From a bacterium (GTDB lineage: Bacteria; DRYD01), in NCBI GenBank assembly GCA_030549815.1, contig JAUQQQ010000006.1:59450-123449 (forward strand): a stretch of DNA of 64,000 nt, read 5' to 3'. The stretch's first letter is position 1. Each line of letters starts with the position of its first letter. This document shows positions 9,260 through 19,581 of this stretch, in pieces. Under the pieces are notes generated by a model, which saw only the letters and a program-made list of their open reading frames with translations, made no database searches and was not told where the DNA came from. The position numbers and the translations under genes are program-made.

Positions 9260-10198
9260 ATGCTTACTGTTAATCAAATTAGCACTGGGATATTAGCTAT
9301 AGAGCCTAATTATGGAAGGTTTTTTATAGATAACTTACCTTATGGTATGGGTATTACTATTGGAAATTCCTTGAGAAGGATACTTCTTTCCTATATACCT
9401 GGAGCGGCAATATTTTATGTTAAGATAAATAATGTTTTACATGAATACGAAAGTATAGATGGAGTAAAAGAAGATGTCATTGATATAATTATTAATTTAA
9501 AAAAAGTGAGGTTTAAATATAGGTCAAGCAACAATAGTGAAAAAGTTTTTCTTAATGTTACAGGGCCTGCTGAAGTTAAAGCAAAGGATATAAAATGTCC
9601 TGCTTTGGTTGAAGTGGTTAATCCTGATCAACATATAGCTACTATAACTACAAGTACTGCTTTGACTATTGAAGCTGGTGTAAAGTTAGGGTTTGGATAC
9701 GTCTCTACTGAAGATCAAGTATTGGATGAAGAAGCTAAAGCTATTGGATATATAAAAGTTGATAGCATATTTTCTCCTATAGAAAAGGTCAACTATTACG
9801 TAGAGAATGAGAGGAATGAAAACAATGAACTAATGGATAAATTATATGTTGAAATATGGACGGATGGAAGTGTTTCTCCAAAAGATGCGCTTATAAAAGC
9901 ACTTGGACTCCTTAAAAATTTTGTTGAAAATATAATTAATGGGTACGGTAAGGAGAAAGATCTCATCGAAGAAAGCCATATTTTATCAAGCAGTGGTGAT
10001 ATATTAAGTAAAAATATTAAAGAGTTGAATCTTTCTTCGAGAACTCTGAATTCACTAAAGAGAATAGGTATTAATACTGTGGGTGATTTACTAAAATACA
10101 GTGAAGATGATTTAATTACTATAAGAAATTTAGGTGGAAAATCAATACAAGAAATTAAGCAAAAATTAGAGGAATTAGGGTTAAGCTTAAAAGAATAA
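9260..10198 (+). CDS. rpoA: DNA-directed RNA polymerase subunit alpha
   Basis: GMGITIGNSLRRILL, HEYESIDGVKED, DSIFSPI, WTDGS; CTD LSSRTLNSLKR..RNLGGKS. Confidence 0.98.
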   Translation: MLTVNQISTGILAIEPNYGRFFIDNLPYGMGITIGNSLRRILLSYIPGAAIFYVKINNVLHEYESIDGVKEDVIDIIINLKKVRFKYRSSNNSEKVFLNVTGPAEVKAKDIKCPALVEVVNPDQHIATITTSTALTIEAGVKLGFGYVSTEDQVLDEEAKAIGYIKVDSIFSPIEKVNYYVENERNENNELMDKLYVEIWTDGSVSPKDALIKALGLLKNFVENIINGYGKEKDLIEESHILSSSGDILSKNIKELNLSSRTLNSLKRIGINTVGDLLKYSEDDLITIRNLGGKSIQEIKQKLEELGLSLKE

Positions 10199-10207
10199 AA
10201 AATAAAA

Positions 10208-11125
10208 TTGCGAAAAGAAGTTTTTAACATTATAGAAGATTTTAAGTATTATCTTATTAGTTTAGGGCTTTCCAATAGAACAGTAAGGGAATATATACTC
10301 GATGTAAAAAGATTTTTTGATTATGCAGGTATCAAAACTATAGATGAGAATAATGTTGAAAAAATTATTGCGGCAATCAAGAAATATGTAGTATTTTTGA
10401 AAACAGAAAAAAATTGTTCGAGTAGGGGAATAAATAGGAAAATATCGAGTTTAAGATCTTTTTTTAAATTCCTGTGGAAAGAAAAATTATTTGAAAATAA
10501 CTATTCTGACTTAATTGAGAGTATGAAGACCCCAAAAACTTTACCCAAGGCTATTTCTTTAGAGGATGTTAAAGAAATATTGTCAAGTATTAACTTAGTT
10601 TTTTCAAAAATTTCGCTTAAATATAGAGATTTTATACAAAGTAGAAATAGGTTAATATTTATATTTTTAGTTTTTACAGGTTTAAGGGTTTCTGAATTGG
10701 TAAATGTTAAATTATCTGATTTTGATTTTTCTAATAATACTCTTAAAGTTAAAGGTAAAGGTGATAAGGAAAGAATAGTAATTTTTAGTGATTATGTTAA
10801 AGAAAATCTAAATGATTACTTGAAGCTAAGGGAAAAATTTTGTAGTAGTGATTACATTTTTGTAAGTTTAAGAAAGAAAAAAATAAACGTTAGGACTGTG
10901 CAGTATATTTTTCAGAGGATTTCAAAAATAATTAGTTATAGGTTTAAATTAACACCGCATGTTATGAGGCATACTTTTGCTTCCTTAATGTTGGAAAATG
11001 GTGCTGACATAGTTGCTATTAAGGAATTGTTGGGACATTCTAATTTAAGTACTACACAGATATATACAAAAATTTCAGTTGAACATTTAAAAAAGAATTA
11101 CAAGATTGAAAAGATAAATATATGA
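10208..11125 (+). CDS. XerC/XerD-family tyrosine recombinase
   Basis: [39 protein letters not shown] (R-K-H-R-H-Y catalytic set). Confidence 0.93.
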   Translation: MRKEVFNIIEDFKYYLISLGLSNRTVREYILDVKRFFDYAGIKTIDENNVEKIIAAIKKYVVFLKTEKNCSSRGINRKISSLRSFFKFLWKEKLFENNYSDLIESMKTPKTLPKAISLEDVKEILSSINLVFSKISLKYRDFIQSRNRLIFIFLVFTGLRVSELVNVKLSDFDFSNNTLKVKGKGDKERIVIFSDYVKENLNDYLKLREKFCSSDYIFVSLRKKKINVRTVQYIFQRISKIISYRFKLTPHVMRHTFASLMLENGADIVAIKELLGHSNLSTTQIYTKISVEHLKKNYKIEKINI

Positions 11126-12663
11126 GCTATATAACTTTATACAGAAAATACAGGCCACAAAAATTTTCAGAAGTAATTGGACAGGATATTAGTGTAAAAA
11201 TAATAACAAATTCTATTTTGAAAGAAAATTTTTCCCATTCTTATTTGTTTACTGGGACAAGAGGAACTGGAAAAACAACGGTGGCAAGGATATTCGCAAA
11301 GGCTTTGAATTGTTTAAATAGGCAGGGTTTTGAACCTTGCAATGCTTGTCAAAATTGTATTTCCTTTAATAACGGGAGTTTCCCAGATTGTATAGAAATA
11401 GATGCTGCTTCTAATAGAGGTATAAATGAAATAAAACAAATAAGAGAAAATTTGAAATTGAACCCTATTAAAGACAAGTTCAAAATTTACATAATAGATG
11501 AAGTCCATATGCTTACTATAGAAGCTTTTAATGCTCTCCTTAAAAGTCTTGAAGAACCGCCTTCTTTCGTTGTATTTATCCTTGCTACTACCGATATTCA
11601 TAAAGTTCCGATAACTATACAATCAAGATGTCAAAAAATAGAATTCAAAAAAGTCCATCATAAGATAATATTTGAGCATTTAAAGAGTATTTGTGACAAA
11701 GAGAAAATTGTAATAGATGAAGATGCTTTAATGTTTTTAGCTAAAGCTGCTAATGGATCAGTTAGAGATTCACTTAGCTTATTGGAACAAGTAAGAAATA
11801 TATCTGATAATATTACTTTGAAAGATGTGTTACAAATGTTCTCTGTAGTTTCCTTAAAATGGGTATATGATTATATAAATTTTATCTTGAGGGGTGATGT
11901 AGTTTCTTTTATTGATTTGATCAATAAGGTAAAATTTTACTCTGTTAACCTTTATCAATTTTTGTATATGATTGTTAATGAATTGAAAAATTGTATATAT
12001 TACAAGTTTGTTGGCCCAATAGATGAATTTAGTTCTTTTCAAATAGAAAATTACAAAGGCATTAGTTCTTATGCTAAAATTGAAGATTTGAGAAAGATGA
12101 TGAATTCATTGAATATGATGCTTAATTTTTATAAATCGGAGAATGATTATATACTTTTTGAAATTTATTCTCTTAATTTGATTTTTGAAAGAGGTATACA
12201 GATTGACAAGAAGGAAGAGGAAAAAGTAGAGAAAGAAAAAAAGTTAGAAATTACTGAAACTAAGGAAAATATGGATGTAAAAATGAGAGATAGTAGAGAT
12301 GAAGAACATGATCATACTTTTGATAAAAATAATGAGGAAAATAGTGATTTTCATAAAGATATTAAATCTGTTAAGGAAAAAATATTAAAGATATTCGAGA
12401 ATGATAAATTATTATATAATGCGATTAGTAATGTTGAAGGTGTTCTTGTTGAGGAAGGAAAATTAGTTTTTATTTTTCAATCTAATAAGAAAGATGTTTA
12501 TGTTAAGATATTAAAAAATAAGTCGAGTACTATCGTTGATCGTCTTAAGGATTTGTTTGATATTAATAGCGTTGAAATTAGGGAATTAAAAGGTCAAAAG
12601 ATTACAAAATCTTCAAAAAATTCCCAATTTGAGAGGATTGTGGATTATACAAGGAGAATATGA
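11122..12663 (+). CDS. dnaX: DNA polymerase III subunit gamma/tau
   Basis: [17 protein letters not shown], zinc cysteines, [20 protein letters not shown]. Confidence 0.97.
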   Translation: MSYITLYRKYRPQKFSEVIGQDISVKIITNSILKENFSHSYLFTGTRGTGKTTVARIFAKALNCLNRQGFEPCNACQNCISFNNGSFPDCIEIDAASNRGINEIKQIRENLKLNPIKDKFKIYIIDEVHMLTIEAFNALLKSLEEPPSFVVFILATTDIHKVPITIQSRCQKIEFKKVHHKIIFEHLKSICDKEKIVIDEDALMFLAKAANGSVRDSLSLLEQVRNISDNITLKDVLQMFSVVSLKWVYDYINFILRGDVVSFIDLINKVKFYSVNLYQFLYMIVNELKNCIYYKFVGPIDEFSSFQIENYKGISSYAKIEDLRKMMNSLNMMLNFYKSENDYILFEIYSLNLIFERGIQIDKKEEEKVEKEKKLEITETKENMDVKMRDSRDEEHDHTFDKNNEENSDFHKDIKSVKEKILKIFENDKLLYNAISNVEGVLVEEGKLVFIFQSNKKDVYVKILKNKSSTIVDRLKDLFDINSVEIRELKGQKITKSSKNSQFERIVDYTRRI

Positions 12664-12679
12664 AAAATAGGAGGTAAGA

Positions 12680-15046
12680 GTGAGAATAGTAATATTTTTT
12701 ATATTGTTATTCATAACTATTTTTGCTTCATGGGCAATTAGTCCTCAGGATTTGGAAGGTAAAAGTGAAAACGAACTTTATAATATGGCAGTTGATTATT
12801 ACAATAAATTTGACGATAAATCTGCTTATATAGTTTGTGCTTACATAATTAAAAACGTTAATCCAAGAAATAGATATGCTTTTTATTTATTGTCTGAGAT
12901 ATTAATAAGGAATATTACTTCATCTTCTGATAAACAAAAAATTTATAATGAGATTTTAAAATACGCTGATTATGTTATAAATAATATTGATTACTATGAT
13001 GCAAGAGCTTATTATTACAAGGGTTGGGTTTATTTTAGTATGGGTGATTATGCTTCTTCTGAAGTAAATCTAAAAAAATCTCTTCAGAATGACCCTTATT
13101 TTTTACCATCTTTAAGGTTATTACTTGACTTGTATATTAATAAGAAAAATTTTGATGATGCTTTAGATGTTGCGAAAAAGATACTTGATAGAGGATATAT
13201 AAATAAGGATTTTGCTTATTTAATATTCAGACTTTATGTTGAATCTGATAAGCTTGACGAGGCCAAGAAATTTGCTGATAAATATCAATCTTTTCTTAAT
13301 GATGATAAATCATTTTACTTGCTTTCTTTATTAAACTATAATCTTGGTAATTATAATGTAGCCTTAGATTTTATTGAAAAAGCTTTGTCATCTTTTCCTG
13401 ATAACCTTGATTACTTGAAATTGAAAGTAAAAATACTGTATTCTCAGAAAAGGTATAAGGAAGCTTACGATATAATAAAGCAAAGATTTGCAGATACTAA
13501 AGATGATGAAATTTTGATAATAAAAAAAGAAATAGAAGCTTCTAATTTTAGGAATATTTTCTTTATTGTTTTAGGATTTGTTATTATAATGGTTATAGGA
13601 GTATTTATTTTGTTCTATATTAAAGAGAAGAAAATTAAGGAAGAGAAAATTAGCATACAAAATATTAAGAAGAAATACCAAGAGACAGTTTCTGTTAAAG
13701 CAGAAAACTTGGATATACTTGTTAGTTTAATACAGGAATTCTTTAATGAAAATATATTAAGTGAAGTTCGTAATTTTACTTCTTTTATGGCTATTTATGT
13801 TTCTGACCCACGAAAAGATAATGTGATGTATCTTTACGTTAGTAGCCGATTATTTGAAGTTCCAGATGTTTTATATATATACCCTAAATATTCGGCTTGG
13901 CTTTCTGAGTATGCTAATACCCCTGTTCATTTAATGGAACTACAAAATAATAATATCTTTTATGAATGGTTTGGGGGTAAGAATATAACAATGTTTAAAA
14001 AACAAAGGCTATTATTTTTAATTCCTTGTATGAGTAGAGGGTTGTTGCAATGTGTTATTTTTATTGGTGCTAAAAATGAGGAAGAAGAACAAAGTATAAT
14101 TCAAGTATTAAGAAAATATAAGGAAGTAATTGGTGAGGTTGCCGAAGAAATCGCTAATGATGTTATTTCTGTTAGGTTTAAGGAAGCTGCTATTTTAGAT
14201 GAATTGACAAGGCTTTATAACAGAAGATTTATGTACCAAAAAATGGAGGAGGAAATAGGAAAGGCTTCTAAAACTAATCAGAAAATTTCTTTTATTCTAT
14301 GTGATATTGATAATTTTAAAAAATTTAATGATACTTATGGACATCAGGTGGGGGATGAAGTTTTAAGAGCAGTTGCAAGAGTATTTAAGGGTGTTGCACG
14401 AGAATTCTTCGATTGGCCTTTTAGGTATGGTGGTGAGGAAATAGGGATAATTCTGCCAAATACCCCTACTGATAAGGCATTTGAGATAGCTGAAAGAGTT
14501 AGAACTGAGGTTTCTTCTCAAAGATTTGAAAATGTCCCTACTATCATTACTATATCCTTGGGTTTGGCTACTTATCCTGATCATGGTAAGAGTATTGATG
14601 AAATAATAAAAGCAGCGGATGAAGCACTCTATTATTCAAAAAGAACAGGAAAAAATAAAACTACTATTGCAGGAGTTAAAGTATTATCAGAAGCTAATGA
14701 AAATAAAAATGAAGTTGTTAAAGAAACATCAAAAAGTATAGATTTTAAAATACCTTCATTCGTATATAGTTTGGAGCAGTTTGAAGAGTATTATGCAAGT
14801 GTCAGAAGTAATTATAAACATAAAATATTAACAATTGAAACAACAGTTAATGAAAGTTTGGAAAAAATGGTAATGGAAATTTATCATGAGCTTATGCTAG
14901 TAGAATCCATGGGAATGAAAATGCAAGATAATAAGGTAATAATAAAGATTTTATTAATAGAAAGAAGCGAAGAAGATATACAGAAAATAGTAAATGATAT
15001 TTCTAGTAAATACAATGTTAAACCAAGTATTGAAACTAAAATATAA
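12680..15046 (+). CDS. Membrane diguanylate cyclase (signal peptide, TPR, TM, GAF-like region, GGDEF, C-terminal extension)
   Basis: DELTRLYNRR, DIDNFKKFNDTYGHQVGD, RYGGEEI, ADEALYYSK..GKN; TPR-like helices in the N-terminal third. Confidence 0.92.
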   Translation: MRIVIFFILLFITIFASWAISPQDLEGKSENELYNMAVDYYNKFDDKSAYIVCAYIIKNVNPRNRYAFYLLSEILIRNITSSSDKQKIYNEILKYADYVINNIDYYDARAYYYKGWVYFSMGDYASSEVNLKKSLQNDPYFLPSLRLLLDLYINKKNFDDALDVAKKILDRGYINKDFAYLIFRLYVESDKLDEAKKFADKYQSFLNDDKSFYLLSLLNYNLGNYNVALDFIEKALSSFPDNLDYLKLKVKILYSQKRYKEAYDIIKQRFADTKDDEILIIKKEIEASNFRNIFFIVLGFVIIMVIGVFILFYIKEKKIKEEKISIQNIKKKYQETVSVKAENLDILVSLIQEFFNENILSEVRNFTSFMAIYVSDPRKDNVMYLYVSSRLFEVPDVLYIYPKYSAWLSEYANTPVHLMELQNNNIFYEWFGGKNITMFKKQRLLFLIPCMSRGLLQCVIFIGAKNEEEEQSIIQVLRKYKEVIGEVAEEIANDVISVRFKEAAILDELTRLYNRRFMYQKMEEEIGKASKTNQKISFILCDIDNFKKFNDTYGHQVGDEVLRAVARVFKGVAREFFDWPFRYGGEEIGIILPNTPTDKAFEIAERVRTEVSSQRFENVPTIITISLGLATYPDHGKSIDEIIKAADEALYYSKRTGKNKTTIAGVKVLSEANENKNEVVKETSKSIDFKIPSFVYSLEQFEEYYASVRSNYKHKILTIETTVNESLEKMVMEIYHELMLVESMGMKMQDNKVIIKILLIERSEEDIQKIVNDISSKYNVKPSIETKI

Positions 15047-15407
15047 TTATTCGCAGAAATATCAGAGAGAATTAGCTTTGTCTATTGTATTTCAATACAT
15101 ATTTTTTAATAGGTTTTTCTTACCTTTTTTTCTTTCTCAATATTTTGTTGAAATTCTTAATGAAATTATATTGAATTATTATAGATATAATGAATTAGTA
15201 TGGGAAGCTTTGTATAGATCGAATTTTTTTGTAATGAATTACATGGAAAGAGCTCTACTTCTGTTATTATTTGCTGAAATAAAGAAAGGAGATATAGAAC
15301 CTAAATTGCTGGCATACATTTATATAAGGCTGGCAAAAAAATATTGTAGAAAAAATTTTTATAAGCTAATTCCTGTTTTTGTTTCCAATGTTGAAAAAAG
15401 TATATAG
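14994..15407 (+). CDS. Divergent NusB-like protein
   Basis: RELALSIVFQ, MERALLLL..AEI, IRLAKKY...YKLI resemble NusB helices; start uncertain because it overlaps the upstream gene. Confidence 0.5.
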   Translation: MIFLVNTMLNQVLKLKYNYSQKYQRELALSIVFQYIFFNRFFLPFFLSQYFVEILNEIILNYYRYNELVWEALYRSNFFVMNYMERALLLLLFAEIKKGDIEPKLLAYIYIRLAKKYCRKNFYKLIPVFVSNVEKSI

Positions 15408-17430
15408 TATCATCCTAACTTTCCTTAGCTTTTCTCTTAAGACTATTTTATTTATTTTATTATTAGCAATATTTTTTGGGGTCTACTTTATAGTTGGGAT
15501 TATAAATGAAGCAAAAAAAGAAATGATTGATGTAAGTAAAATTAGAAAAAAAATTCCTATTCAGTCTAGTGAATTTTTTTCAATTGACAATAAAAGAGTA
15601 GCGAAAGTATATGTAGAAAATAGGTATTGGATTCCAATAAATGAAATACCTAATTCTGTTAAGATTTGTCTAATTGCTTCTGAGGATGAAAGATTTTATG
15701 TTCATAAAGGTGTGGATTTTTTAGCGGTTTTAAGGGGAATTATTGATATTATTCAAAAGAAAGAGGTTACACAGGGAGCAAGCACTATCACTCAGCAGTT
15801 GGCCAGAATTTTATTTCTAACTCCCGAAGTTAGTATAAGAAGAAAAATAAAGGAAGCTTTAATTGCAGTAGAACTGGAAAAAAATTTCTCTAAGCAAGAA
15901 ATCATGGAAATGTATTTGAATTTAGTGTATTTTGGTGAAGGTGCTTATGGTATCGAAGCGGCTTCCAGAGTTTATTTTGGTAAAAGCGCTAAACAGCTCG
16001 ATATTCCAGAAGCTGCAATGCTAATCGGATTATTACCTGCTCCTTCTGTTTATTCTCCCTACGTCAATTACAACATGGCTAAACAAAGGCAACTTTATGT
16101 CCTTAGAAGATTGGTGGAACTCAAATATATAACACCTAATCAATATCAAATCTATAAAAATTACCCTATCAAGTTAAAAAGAGAAAAATTGGAAGAAAAT
16201 AATTTACTCTACCCTTATTATACATCTTTTGTTATTCAAAATTTTAAAAAAATCACAAACATTGATTATGAATCATTAAAAACATTGGGTTTAAAAGTTT
16301 ATTTAAACTTGGACACGAGAATACAGGATGATATTCAAAATATTGTTAAAAGTGAAATAGACAAAAATAGAAAAAGTTATAATGTCAATCAATGTGCGGT
16401 TATATTGATTGAAAACTATACGGGAAGAGTTTTAACCATGGTTGGAGGATATGAATATAAAATTTCTGATCAATTCAATAGGGCTTACCAAGCATATAGA
16501 CAACCAGGATCTGTTTTTAAAATAGTTGTCTATACTACTGCATTAAAATATGGATTTACTCCAAATACCATAGTTGAAGACAGGGTATATACTTATACAG
16601 GTGCTGATGGCAAACCGTATTCTCCCGTTAATTGGGATAAGAGATATTGGGGAAGGATGACTCTTGCTGACGCTTTTGCTTTCTCTCGAAATACTGTTGC
16701 TGTTTACTTAGCAAATAATGTAGGTATTGATAATGTCATTAAAACTGCTTATGATATGGGGGTTAAAACCCAATTGGAGCCATATCTTTCTACTGCTTTG
16801 GGATCATCTGTTTTAACTCCCTTAGAGGTAGCTACATTTACTTCAGTAATAGCAAATTATGGTTACCTTATAGATCCTCAATTTGTTAGTAAGGTTGAAG
16901 ATAGGTATGGTGGAGTTATTTTTTATTCACAAAACACTTATAAGCAGGTTATACCTTATGAAGTTGCATCTAATATGAGAGTTTTAATGAAAGCAGTTGT
17001 TGATAAGGGAACAGGATACTCTGCTAAAATACAAGGTATTGATTGTTATGGAAAAACTGGAACTACCAATGATCATAGGGATGCTTGGTTTGCAGGATTC
17101 ACCGATGATTTTACCTGTGTTGTATGGGTTGGTAATGATGATTATTCTCAACTATATAACGTTTACGGAGCAACTTTACCTGCTGAAATTTGGAAAAAAT
17201 CAATTCTTGCTGCATACAAATATTACACCAAAAAGAATGATCAGCGAAGAGAAATTTTACTTAAGAACGAACAAAGTAAAAATACTACAACATTTATTAA
17301 TGAAAATACACAAGATAAAAATAATGAAAATACTTTTACTCAAAACACTAAGACTAATAACCGACAAACTTCTTCAACAACAACAGTGGATTACAACACT
17401 TTTCCATGGGAAAATACTACTGAAGAATAA
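15379..17430 (+). CDS. Class A penicillin-binding protein (PBP1A family)
   Basis: EDERFY.H.G, GASTITQQ, RKIKE; transpeptidase SVFK, SRN, KTG; N-terminal TM. Confidence 0.96.
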   Translation: MFPMLKKVYSIILTFLSFSLKTILFILLLAIFFGVYFIVGIINEAKKEMIDVSKIRKKIPIQSSEFFSIDNKRVAKVYVENRYWIPINEIPNSVKICLIASEDERFYVHKGVDFLAVLRGIIDIIQKKEVTQGASTITQQLARILFLTPEVSIRRKIKEALIAVELEKNFSKQEIMEMYLNLVYFGEGAYGIEAASRVYFGKSAKQLDIPEAAMLIGLLPAPSVYSPYVNYNMAKQRQLYVLRRLVELKYITPNQYQIYKNYPIKLKREKLEENNLLYPYYTSFVIQNFKKITNIDYESLKTLGLKVYLNLDTRIQDDIQNIVKSEIDKNRKSYNVNQCAVILIENYTGRVLTMVGGYEYKISDQFNRAYQAYRQPGSVFKIVVYTTALKYGFTPNTIVEDRVYTYTGADGKPYSPVNWDKRYWGRMTLADAFAFSRNTVAVYLANNVGIDNVIKTAYDMGVKTQLEPYLSTALGSSVLTPLEVATFTSVIANYGYLIDPQFVSKVEDRYGGVIFYSQNTYKQVIPYEVASNMRVLMKAVVDKGTGYSAKIQGIDCYGKTGTTNDHRDAWFAGFTDDFTCVVWVGNDDYSQLYNVYGATLPAEIWKKSILAAYKYYTKKNDQRREILLKNEQSKNTTTFINENTQDKNNENTFTQNTKTNNRQTSSTTTVDYNTFPWENTTEE

Positions 17431-17462
17431 AAGGTAAAAAAATAAAAAAGGAGAATAGAGAA

Positions 17463-18797
17463 ATGAACATTTATGATATCCTGAGAAAAAAAAGAAAAGG
17501 CCAAAAGTTAAATGAGAAGGAAATAGATTTTATGGTAAAAAACTACTATAACTCTAACATACCTGATTACCAAATGGCTGCATTTTTAACAAGTGTAGTA
17601 ATTAATGGTATGGATGAAGAAGAAATTTTCTATTTTACTAAATCTATTGTTGAAACTGGAGTAATTATGAATTTTGATGATGTTGATGGAATAAAAATAG
17701 ATAAGCATTCAACAGGTGGTGTAGGTGATAGTGTAAGCTTAATAGTTATACCAATCCTTGCATGTTTGGGTTATAAGGTCCCTAAATTATCTGGTAGGGC
17801 TTTAGGACATACAGGTGGGACAATAGATAAGCTTGAATCAATACCTAATTTTAGGACAGATTTGCAAATTGATTTAATGAAGGAAGCTTTGAGAAGGGTA
17901 GGTGCTTTTATCTGTCAACCACTTAATCTGGCCCCGGCTGATAAGAAAATATACGCTTTAAGAGATGTTACAGCAAATGTAGATAGTATTCCACTTATAG
18001 CTTCCAGTATAATGAGCAAGAAAATAGCATCAAATGCTGATGTTATAATTCTTGATGTTAAAGTTGGAAATGGAGCTTTTATGAATGATTATAATGAAGC
18101 TGTAGAACTATCTAAAACAATGTTGAATATAGCCAAGAATTTTAATAAAATTGCGAGCACGATTATTACTGATATGAACGAACCACTTAATACTCATATC
18201 GGTAATTATCTTGAGGTTATAGCTGCTATTGATTTTTTAAAAGGAAATTATTCGAACTATCCAAAATTGAAGGAGGTTTGTTTTACAGTTATTAAAGCTG
18301 CAAAATATATTCTTGAAAATATTGATACTATAAAAGAGAAAGGGAGAATAGAAGAAATTAATTTGAATTTTAGTGATGAGAATATAAAAAAAATTATAGA
18401 TAGTGGGGAGGCTTTAGGAAAGTTTAAGCAAATAGTGGAATTCCAAAGGGGAGATACTTCTGTTATTGATGATCCTTATAAATATTTTAATCCTTCTGTT
18501 GAGTATTCTTTTTATTCAAAGGGGGAAGGTTTTATAAGTTTTGACACTTATCTTATTGGCTTGGCTTCAGGAGAGTTGGGATTAAGCAGAAAAACTTTGG
18601 AAGACAAAATTGATAACAACGCAGGGATAATAATGTATAAAAGGGCAGGGGATTATGTTAAAGAAGGAGAAATAATAATGAAATTGTTTGCAAAAGATAA
18701 TAGGTCTTTGGAAAATTCATTAAAAATACTTGAAAATGCTATTTCTTTTAAAAAAGAAAAATTTGAAACCAAAGCTATCTATTCTGTTTTTATATAA
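17463..18797 (+). CDS. pdp: Pyrimidine-nucleoside (thymidine) phosphorylase
   Basis: DKHSTGGVGD, SGRALGHTGGTIDKLESIP, YALRDVT, SIMSKK. Confidence 0.96.
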   Translation: MNIYDILRKKRKGQKLNEKEIDFMVKNYYNSNIPDYQMAAFLTSVVINGMDEEEIFYFTKSIVETGVIMNFDDVDGIKIDKHSTGGVGDSVSLIVIPILACLGYKVPKLSGRALGHTGGTIDKLESIPNFRTDLQIDLMKEALRRVGAFICQPLNLAPADKKIYALRDVTANVDSIPLIASSIMSKKIASNADVIILDVKVGNGAFMNDYNEAVELSKTMLNIAKNFNKIASTIITDMNEPLNTHIGNYLEVIAAIDFLKGNYSNYPKLKEVCFTVIKAAKYILENIDTIKEKGRIEEINLNFSDENIKKIIDSGEALGKFKQIVEFQRGDTSVIDDPYKYFNPSVEYSFYSKGEGFISFDTYLIGLASGELGLSRKTLEDKIDNNAGIIMYKRAGDYVKEGEIIMKLFAKDNRSLENSLKILENAISFKKEKFETKAIYSVFI

Positions 18798-18893
18798 GCG
18801 AATATTTTACAATTTTTTTCTGAAAATATCAATAAAAATTTGATAGGTTTTTATTTGTTTTTGTATAATTCTTATAAGAAGGAAGTGAGGAAT

Positions 18894-19565
18894 ATGGGGG
18901 GATGTAGAGTGTTTGCAGTAGTTGATGGAAATATAGGTGCTTACAAAAGTACTGTTCTTAACTTAATTTCAAAAGAACTAGGATTTTTACCAGTTGATGA
19001 ACCTTGGTATGAAAATAATTTCCTTGATTTATTTTATCAAGACAAGAAAAGATGGGCTTATTCTACCCAATGGGAGTTCTTTACTATAAGGGCTATCAGG
19101 CATATGGAAGCACAGAATAATACAAACGAAAACCTACTTCTTGAAAGATCTGTCTATTCTGACAGATATGTTTTTGCACGGTATTTGTATGAACATGGTT
19201 ATATGAACGATAGAGAATGGGCAAGTTATACCAAATGGTTTGAATTCCTTACTGAGAAATTGTTGAAAAAACCTACTTTTATTCTTTATCTTCGAGCACA
19301 ACCCGAAACACTATATAATAGAATTCTCCAACGGTCAAGGGAAATAGAACTACAAAAAGATGGCATAACAGTTGATTATATTAGAGGATTAAACAAATAC
19401 TATGATGAATTCCTATATAACAATATTTTCAATCTTGATATACCTGTTATTGTAGTAGAAACAGATGGGAAATTCTATCGGGATAATGAAAATGATAGAC
19501 AGGAATTAATAAATAAAATAAAAGATTTTTTGGATAATTTATCTCTTAGTAAAACTAACGTCTAA
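18894..19565 (+). CDS. Deoxynucleoside kinase
   Basis: DGNIGAYKST, EP, ERSVYSD, RSRE.E; ATG at 18894 preferred over the TTG at 18840 because of a GAGG SD. Confidence 0.9.
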   Translation: MGGCRVFAVVDGNIGAYKSTVLNLISKELGFLPVDEPWYENNFLDLFYQDKKRWAYSTQWEFFTIRAIRHMEAQNNTNENLLLERSVYSDRYVFARYLYEHGYMNDREWASYTKWFEFLTEKLLKKPTFILYLRAQPETLYNRILQRSREIELQKDGITVDYIRGLNKYYDEFLYNNIFNLDIPVIVVETDGKFYRDNENDRQELINKIKDFLDNLSLSKTNV

Positions 19566-19581
19566 AACTAATAACATATCA

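Noticed and set aside
10208-11125. Tyrosine recombinase as a prophage or island integrase
   Set aside because: Xer-like size and motifs, embedded between rpoA and dnaX, with no cargo genes or att repeats seen.
16997-17437. 146-aa alternate-frame ORF inside the PBP1A gene
   Set aside because: It overlaps the conserved transpeptidase domain and has no recognisable motifs.
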